From Phycisphaerae bacterium (GTDB lineage: Bacteria > Planctomycetota > Phycisphaerae > Sedimentisphaerales > Anaerobacaceae), in the NCBI GenBank assembly GCA_016782755.1, contig JADHXY010000009.1, positions 1 to 31,240 on the forward strand: DNA of 31,240 nucleotides, read 5' to 3'. A program made the translations under genes and the position numbers. Under the pieces are notes generated by a model. The model had not been told where the DNA came from. It did no database searches and saw only the letters and a program-made list of their open reading frames with translations. Of the stretch, positions 25,433 to 31,240 are shown one piece after another (the first letter of the stretch is position 1; each line of letters begins with the position of its first letter).

Positions 25433-27811
25433 ATGACTGAAAAAAGGCACAGCAAAGTTGCAATCGTATCAACATTTTTGCCCAGGAAATGCGGGATTGC
25501 CACATTTACATCTGATTTGATCAAATATACGTCATCAGCGGCAAAGGGTGAATTCGATCCTCTTGTCGTGGCTATGAACAATGAGAATATCAAATATAAG
25601 GATCCGGTCAAATTCGAGATTCGCCAGAATGTTAAAAGTGATTATATTTGTGCTGCGGACTATTTAAATTTTAGCCATGTGGATGTTGTATCTGTTCAGC
25701 ATGAGTTTGGGCTTTTCGGAGGTGAGGCGGGGTGCTATTTGAATCTGCTTCTCAAACGTGTTAACGCACCGGTAATTACGACGCTTCATACTGTTCTCAA
25801 TGACCCATCGGAAGTTTATCGTAAGGGGCTTGTGGATGTTTGCAGGGAATCTTACAAGATCGTGGTGATGAATGAGAAGGGCGTCGGAATGCTCAAGGAT
25901 ATTTACGGCATCGACGAGAAAAAGATAGAGCTGATAGCCCATGGGATCCCTGACCTTCCATTTGTGGATAACAATTATTATAAACACAGATTCGGAATGG
26001 AGGGGAGGAGGACGATACTCACGTTCGGGCTGCTGAGTAAAAATAAAGGTATTGAAGTAATGCTGAGAGCGATGCCGGAAATAGTGAAAGCGGACCCTTC
26101 GGTGCTTTATATAATTTTGGGGATGACGCATCCGTCTGTACTTAAACATGACGGCGAATCGTATAGATTTGGTCTTCAGAAGATGGTGAAGGATCTGGGC
26201 TGCTCGAAAAATGTAATCTTTTTTAACCGGTTTGTAACTGATGAAGAACTGCGTAATTTTTTGTGTGCTTCTGATATTTATGTTACGCCCTATCTCAACG
26301 AGGAACAATTGACCAGCGGAACACTTTCATTTGCGGTGGGGACAGGTAAGGCGGTTGTTTCGACACCGTATTGGGCAGCTTGTGAGCTTCTTGCCGATGA
26401 GCGAGGTAAGCTTGTGGATTTTGGTGACCACAAACAGTTGGCAAACGCTGTTATAGAAATACTTAAAAATGATGAGCTTTTTTACACATTAAGAAGAAAG
26501 GCTTATGATTACGGCAGATCGAGGACGTGGACGAAAGCAGGTGAGGCATATCTTAAATTATTCAGTGCCAGCGGTGTTCCTCTTTGCATAAATACTAATA
26601 AAACTTCGCTTGGGTCGGAAGCAAAGTCCAGCTTTAATATTCCTGAGGCCAGTCTTGATCATGTGATACAACTTAGTGACGACACAGGTATTTTGCAGCA
26701 TGCAAAGTTGACGATACCCGACCGGGAGCATGGTTACTGCACAGATGATAATGCGCGTGCGGTTATAGCGATAAATAAGTACTACAAACAATACCCGGAG
26801 CCCGAAATTCTCAAAATGCTGGATAAGTATATTTCGTTTGTTCTGCATTCTCAAAATGGCGATGGAAGCGTCAGGAATTTTATGGATTACAGCCGGAAAT
26901 GGGTTAGAAATGAACCTGCCAGCGATGCTTTGGGGAGAGTTATATGGTCGCTTGGGTCCTTGATAGCAGACCCGCCTGCTGAAAGCTACCTGTCAATAAT
27001 TAAAGACAGGTTCGACATGTCGATCGCTAAAATTTCTAAACAGAGTATACGCGGTCAGGCGTATTCGATTATCGGGATGGCTGATTATCTCAAGCAGTTT
27101 CCGGGGGCGAGTGACATTAAGAGGCAAATGATCGATTCTGCAGATAGAATAACTGCGTCTTATTACAAACACAGCAATTATGACTGGCAGTGGTTTGAAA
27201 ATAAGATGACTTATGATAATGCGATGTTGTCGTATTCGATGTTGATAGCAGGAAAGCATTTTGGTGAGAAATATCTTGAGATCGGAATAAATACATGCGA
27301 TTTTCTGCTTGATAATACTTATACTAACAGCCATTTCAGTTTTATAGGGTGCGATGGTTGGTATCCGAGAGGCGAGGCAAAGGCCGAATTTGATCAGCAG
27401 CCTTTGGAGGCGACAAGTACGATATTGATGCTTAAGGCGGCTTACGAGATAACAGAAGATCATAAATATATTATTTTGCTGAGAAAGGCTTTTGACTGGT
27501 ACTTGGGTGATAATGACAATGAGATAGCATTGTATAACTTCAGGACTAGAGGCTGTTTTGACGGGCTGGAACAGTGCGGAGTTAATCTTAATCAGGGGGC
27601 GGAGAGCGTTCTGAGCTTTTTGATAAGTCTTCTTACGGTGGTCGAGGTGGGATCGCTTTTTGACAGGATCGACGAGACTGAATTAGTTAATTTTGAAAAA
27701 AACTATCCGCAGCAGGTGACAATAAAAAAACAAACGCAAAAAAAGATACCAGTAAAAGAAATCTTAAAAAAAAGAGCGATAAGTCAACCGAAAAATGCCA
27801 CAGGCTTTTAA
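25433..27811 (+). CDS. Two-domain protein: N-terminal GT4 (group-1) glycosyltransferase fused to C-terminal (alpha/alpha)6-barrel glycoside-hydrolase-like domain (GDE_C/GH63/GH15-like)
   Basis: Residues ~1-380 show a GT-B fold pattern (KVAIVSTF..., ...FGLLSKNKGIEVMLRAM..., ...VTPYLNEEQLTSGTLSFAVGTGKAVVSTP...). Residues ~400-760 carry a GYCTDDNARAV motif and periodic aromatic-rich helices typical of alpha/alpha toroid hydrolases. The domain call is by motif. Confidence 0.6.
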   Translation: MTEKRHSKVAIVSTFLPRKCGIATFTSDLIKYTSSAAKGEFDPLVVAMNNENIKYKDPVKFEIRQNVKSDYICAADYLNFSHVDVVSVQHEFGLFGGEAGCYLNLLLKRVNAPVITTLHTVLNDPSEVYRKGLVDVCRESYKIVVMNEKGVGMLKDIYGIDEKKIELIAHGIPDLPFVDNNYYKHRFGMEGRRTILTFGLLSKNKGIEVMLRAMPEIVKADPSVLYIILGMTHPSVLKHDGESYRFGLQKMVKDLGCSKNVIFFNRFVTDEELRNFLCASDIYVTPYLNEEQLTSGTLSFAVGTGKAVVSTPYWAACELLADERGKLVDFGDHKQLANAVIEILKNDELFYTLRRKAYDYGRSRTWTKAGEAYLKLFSASGVPLCINTNKTSLGSEAKSSFNIPEASLDHVIQLSDDTGILQHAKLTIPDREHGYCTDDNARAVIAINKYYKQYPEPEILKMLDKYISFVLHSQNGDGSVRNFMDYSRKWVRNEPASDALGRVIWSLGSLIADPPAESYLSIIKDRFDMSIAKISKQSIRGQAYSIIGMADYLKQFPGASDIKRQMIDSADRITASYYKHSNYDWQWFENKMTYDNAMLSYSMLIAGKHFGEKYLEIGINTCDFLLDNTYTNSHFSFIGCDGWYPRGEAKAEFDQQPLEATSTILMLKAAYEITEDHKYIILLRKAFDWYLGDNDNEIALYNFRTRGCFDGLEQCGVNLNQGAESVLSFLISLLTVVEVGSLFDRIDETELVNFEKNYPQQVTIKKQTQKKIPVKEILKKRAISQPKNATGF

Positions 27812-27965
27812 GTAGCTTTCAATTCTTTTTTTTAGAAACGTTAGCTTAATCTCAAATCAGCAATTCCTGCATAAATTTTAAGTATTTTTGACAATGTTAT
27901 AGAAAAGTGCCGGCTGTATGATAATATTGTCTAAAAATATGGGTATATTTGGGGATTTTGCGAAA

Positions 27966-28736
27966 ATGAAGATCGCTACTTTTAATGTTAATTCCTTGCG
28001 TGCTCGGCTTGGGATAGTTATTGACTGGCTTGATAAAAATGAGCCTGATGTGCTTTGTGTGCAGGAGACTAAGGTTCAGGATAAAGATTTTCCGGGTGAG
28101 GCATTTGCGGGGTTGGGTTATAATTTTGTGTATCGGGGGCAGAAGAGTTATAACGGGGTGGCTGTATTTGCTAAGGGCGAGATAGAAGATGTGGTTTTCG
28201 GACTGGACGATGAGCCTTATGATGAGGCGAGGTTAGTGAGGGCGAAAATCGGCGGGGTCTGGGTGGTGAACAGTTATGTGCCGCAGGGGTTTGAGGTGGG
28301 GTCGGAGAAGTATGAATATAAGTTAGAGTGGCTGGGGCGGCTTAGAGAATATTTTGAGAAACATTTTAAGCAAAGCGATAAGGTGGTATGGGTGGGTGAT
28401 TTTAATGTTGCGATGGAGGATATTGATGTTTATGATCCGGATGGTTTGAGGGGGCATGTTTGTTTTAATGAGCAGGTGCAGGAGGCATTGAGGGCTGTGA
28501 TGGACTGGGGATTTGTGGACGTTTTCAGAGAACATTGCAAAGATGGGGAGCAGTACAGTTTTTGGGATTACAGGATGAGAGGCGGACTGAGCAGAAATCG
28601 CGGCTGGCGGCTCGATTATATAATGGCGACAAAATCACTGGCACAAAGCAGTAAAGGGTGCTATATAGATAAAAGGCCACGGATGCTCGTTAAGCCGAGT
28701 GATCATACTCCGGTGGTGGCGGAATTTGACATATAA
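27966..28736 (+). CDS. xth: Exodeoxyribonuclease III (AP endonuclease, Xth family)
   Basis: MKIATFNVNSLRARL...LCVQETK...VWVGDFNV...SDHTPVVAEFD: canonical ExoIII motifs. The ATG at 27966 is preferred over the ORF-track TTG start at 27918. Confidence 0.85.
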   Translation: MKIATFNVNSLRARLGIVIDWLDKNEPDVLCVQETKVQDKDFPGEAFAGLGYNFVYRGQKSYNGVAVFAKGEIEDVVFGLDDEPYDEARLVRAKIGGVWVVNSYVPQGFEVGSEKYEYKLEWLGRLREYFEKHFKQSDKVVWVGDFNVAMEDIDVYDPDGLRGHVCFNEQVQEALRAVMDWGFVDVFREHCKDGEQYSFWDYRMRGGLSRNRGWRLDYIMATKSLAQSSKGCYIDKRPRMLVKPSDHTPVVAEFDI

Positions 28737-28824
28737 AGGAATTTTTGATAACGAAACAGGGTGAAAGATGAAATATTACTAACAGGTTTTTAATACGGCG
28801 TATTTAATTTTTAAGGGTAGTATT

Positions 28825-29790
28825 ATGGCAGTGGTTGATATGAGTTTGGGGGAGTTGCGGGAGTATCGTGGGATAAGTCCGCGGCCTGAGGATTTTGATG
28901 AGTATTGGGACAAATCGCTGGCAGAAATGCGGGCGGTTGAGAGAAATGTCGAGATAAGAAAGTCAGGTTTTGTAACGAATTTTGCTGATTGCTATGATAT
29001 GTATTATACCGGTGTTGGGGGTGCGAGAATTTATGCGAAGCTTGTGAAACCGAAAAAAATATCGGGCAAGTGCCCGGCAGTTCTGAGCTTTCACGGCTAT
29101 ACAGGCAAAAGCGATGACTGGTATACGATGTTGGGGTATGCGGCAAGCGGTTTTGTGGTGGCGGCTATGGATTGCAGAGGTCAGGGAGGACTTTCACAAG
29201 ATGTTGGGGGAGTGGTAGGGAATACTCTGCATGGTCATATAATTCGGGGACTGGCAGATAAGCCGGAAAAGCTTTTGTACAGGCAGATATATCTCGATGC
29301 AGCCGAGTTGGCGAAAATCGTGATGGAAATGGACGAAGTGGACGAAAGTCGGGTTGCAACGGTTGGCGGCTCGCAAGGTGGAGGACTGGCTGCGGCTTGT
29401 GCGGCGCTTGCGGGGGGAGTTCGGAGGGCGGCTATAATCTTTCCGTTTCTTTGTGATTTCAAAAGGGTCTGGCAGCTCGATCTGGAGACTGACGCCTATA
29501 TCGAGCTGAGGGATTATTTCAGACGTTTTGATCCGACCCATCAGAATGAAGATGAAACGTTTAGAAAACTGGGCTATATTGATATTCAGAACCTGGCGGG
29601 ACGCATTAAAGGCGAAGTATTGATGATAGCAACTCTGCGGGACGATGTTTGTCCACCGTCAACCCAGTTTGCGTTTTATAATAAGCTGGATGCCAATAAA
29701 GAATTAGTGATCTATCACGATTACAGCCACGAGCATCTGCCGGGGATGTTCGATAGGTGCTACGACTTTATAAAGGGACTGATTGCGTGA
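28825..29790 (+). CDS. Acetyl xylan esterase / cephalosporin-C deacetylase family (CE7, AXE1)
   Basis: 321 aa with GGSQGG (the GxSQG nucleophile elbow), the C-terminal HE/H pair (DYSHEHLPG), and the N-terminal LxELxxYRG segment typical of CE7. Confidence 0.8.
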   Translation: MAVVDMSLGELREYRGISPRPEDFDEYWDKSLAEMRAVERNVEIRKSGFVTNFADCYDMYYTGVGGARIYAKLVKPKKISGKCPAVLSFHGYTGKSDDWYTMLGYAASGFVVAAMDCRGQGGLSQDVGGVVGNTLHGHIIRGLADKPEKLLYRQIYLDAAELAKIVMEMDEVDESRVATVGGSQGGGLAAACAALAGGVRRAAIIFPFLCDFKRVWQLDLETDAYIELRDYFRRFDPTHQNEDETFRKLGYIDIQNLAGRIKGEVLMIATLRDDVCPPSTQFAFYNKLDANKELVIYHDYSHEHLPGMFDRCYDFIKGLIA

Positions 29791-29886
29791 TGTGCAATAT
29801 TCACTAAAGAGGTGCATCGAAAAATTGGTAATAGTTTGGTCTGGCAGGGTCTCGGCTTGGGGTGTGTCAATTGTGGTTTTAAAATC

Positions 29887-29919
29887 GAGAGAGCCCCGCG
29901 ACCTTCGCGAAGCTCTCTC
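29887..29919. other. Strong nested hairpin GAGAGAGC-cc-CGCGA-cct-TCGCG-aa-GCTCTCTC, about 100 nt downstream of the esterase gene
   Basis: 8-bp outer plus 5-bp inner perfect stems. No T-tract on the plus strand; TTTTAAAA follows on the minus strand. Confidence 0.4.
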
Positions 29920-30237
29920 GTCGGAGGGAGAGAAAACTATATTTGAAATCCTTTTCTCGCTGTAATTTACGCAGTAATATTAATCAAGTTCGAGTTTTTA
30001 GCCTAATTTTTCAAATTGTTTTAATCTTGCCACAATATGCGGCGGTTGTTTCCATCCACCAGAAACTGGTGATATTGAAATCGGAAGAATAAATTCTTAA
30101 TTGCCCATTTTGAACGAACAGAATGAAAACATGTTCAAGACGGGTATTTTAGTTGATTTTAGCGGTTAAAAGTGGTAGCATGAATAGGAGTGTGAATATT
30201 AGTGGTTTTATAAACTGAGTTTATTGATGAGGGAAAG

Positions 30238-31240
30238 ATGAATTTTATTAAAAGATCTTTATTTGGTGTATTTTGTATAACTTTATTACTTTCCGGCAGT
30301 CTTTTCGCAGTCAGTTGGACTGACGGCGGCAGCGGCCATCTCTGGAGTACGGGAGCTAACTGGAGCGATAACGATCCACCTTTATTCGGCGAGGATGTTT
30401 TCATAAATAATGGTTACACAGGCCCGATAATTGATTCGACGGTAACAGCTCTATCCGGCATAATAAGGGTGGGCGGAACGGGTACTACTGATACGCTAAC
30501 GGTAAGCGGCGGCAGTCTTAATAGCAATTCGCATCTCATATTGGGCGAAGGCAGCGGCAGTACGGCTACTCTCGATATTAGCGGCGGAACCGTTACTGCT
30601 TATTCTGTATGGGTTGGCAACAACGGCGACGGCTACATTAATATGATCGGTGGTACCCTGAATATCTCTGGCGAGCCGCTTTATGTCTCCCGCTTTGGCG
30701 GTTCAGGGCATGTTCAGCTTGACGGTGGAACGATAAATACTGATAATTTTCAGATGTTCGATGCAACAGCTTCTATGGACATCAAAGATGGTGTTTTGGT
30801 TATTGACGGCGACAAAGAAAGTACTATCAATGGTTATTTCAGTAGCGGCTGGATAACCGCTTTTGGCGGAAGCGGTATGTTAGATGTAAATTATGACGGC
30901 TCAAAAACCACCGTAGAAGCATATCTCCCTACGTGGCCTTACGCATGGAATCCTGATCCTGCCGACGGTTATACTCTTCAGGCTGCATCTCTTAGTTGGC
31001 AGCCGGGAGCTTATGCAGCCAGCCATGACGTGTATTTTGGCACCGATTTTAATGATGTTAACGATGCACAGGTACCTGCTGGCGATATCAATTTCGACGG
31101 CGACGTAAATATGGTCGATTTTAGCGTTTTAACTGCCCAATGGCTAACTGATCCGGGCACATCAGACCCCTCAGCCGATATAGACGGCAGCGGTACGGTT
31201 AACTTTAATGATTTGGGAATGTTGGCTGGCGGCTGGAAAC
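30238..31240 (+). CDS. Secreted protein with signal peptide and C-terminal dockerin-type Ca-binding repeats (PVC-type); 3' end outside window
   Basis: GGGAAAG RBS, ATG at 30238. MNFIKRSLFGVFCITLLLSGSLFA signal. Gly/Thr/Ser-rich beta-strand-like repeats, then DINFDGDVNMVDFSVL and DIDGSGTVNFNDLGML (dockerin-like). The frame is open to the window end. It is not in the ORF track because it has no stop. Confidence 0.7.
   Translation, partial: MNFIKRSLFGVFCITLLLSGSLFAVSWTDGGSGHLWSTGANWSDNDPPLFGEDVFINNGYTGPIIDSTVTALSGIIRVGGTGTTDTLTVSGGSLNSNSHLILGEGSGSTATLDISGGTVTAYSVWVGNNGDGYINMIGGTLNISGEPLYVSRFGGSGHVQLDGGTINTDNFQMFDATASMDIKDGVLVIDGDKESTINGYFSSGWITAFGGSGMLDVNYDGSKTTVEAYLPTWPYAWNPDPADGYTLQAASLSWQPGAYAASHDVYFGTDFNDVNDAQVPAGDINFDGDVNMVDFSVLTAQWLTDPGTSDPSADIDGSGTVNFNDLGMLAGGWK

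Noticed and set aside
29783-29965. 60-aa ORF overlapping the esterase stop
   Set aside because: No RBS. It overlaps the strong nested hairpin and is low complexity, so it is most likely non-coding.

Overview
31.2-kb window dominated by housekeeping and accessory genes, with a PVC-like (Planctomycetes/Phycisphaerae-type) flavour: Sec/lipoprotein signal peptides and a C-terminal dockerin-type repeat protein at the 3' edge. GC is roughly 47-50% apart from one AT-rich stretch. By eye, coding density is high and there are no tRNA, rRNA or CRISPR loci and no recognisable mobile-element genes. Recognisable content, in order: murG 3' end; a rhodanese-like protein; a convergent rtcB-archease RNA-repair pair; a secreted GH-D-like glycosidase and a PhoD-like phosphatase; a sigma-70-family sigma factor with an unusual ~330-aa N-terminal extension; csrA; an AT-rich membrane-protein gene; a double zinc-ribbon protein divergent from an SPFH/flotillin-like gene; a long minus-strand gene array (Rrf2 regulator -> cysE-nadA-metY-nifU-nifS-mlaE-mlaF-YdiJ-like FAD/Fe-S oxidase-AmmeMemoRadiSam-type radical SAM); a GT4 glycosyltransferase fused to an (alpha/alpha)6 hydrolase-like domain; xth; a CE7 acetyl-xylan esterase; and a partial secreted dockerin-repeat protein. 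The most unusual non-coding signal is a ~110-140-nt intergenic element present twice (669-806 and 10479-10640, same orientation, ~85% identical in a 60-nt core). It has a Pho-box-like direct repeat, a hairpin supported by a compensatory base change, and a conserved TTTTGGGGTG tail; I interpret it as a candidate paralogous sRNA or regulated-promoter family. A family of short GC-rich REP-like repeats (GTCGGGGCTCTG modules) is scattered at three intergenic sites. No classical defense or mobile system is evident; all calls rest on motif recognition and reading the sequence by eye, without database searches.
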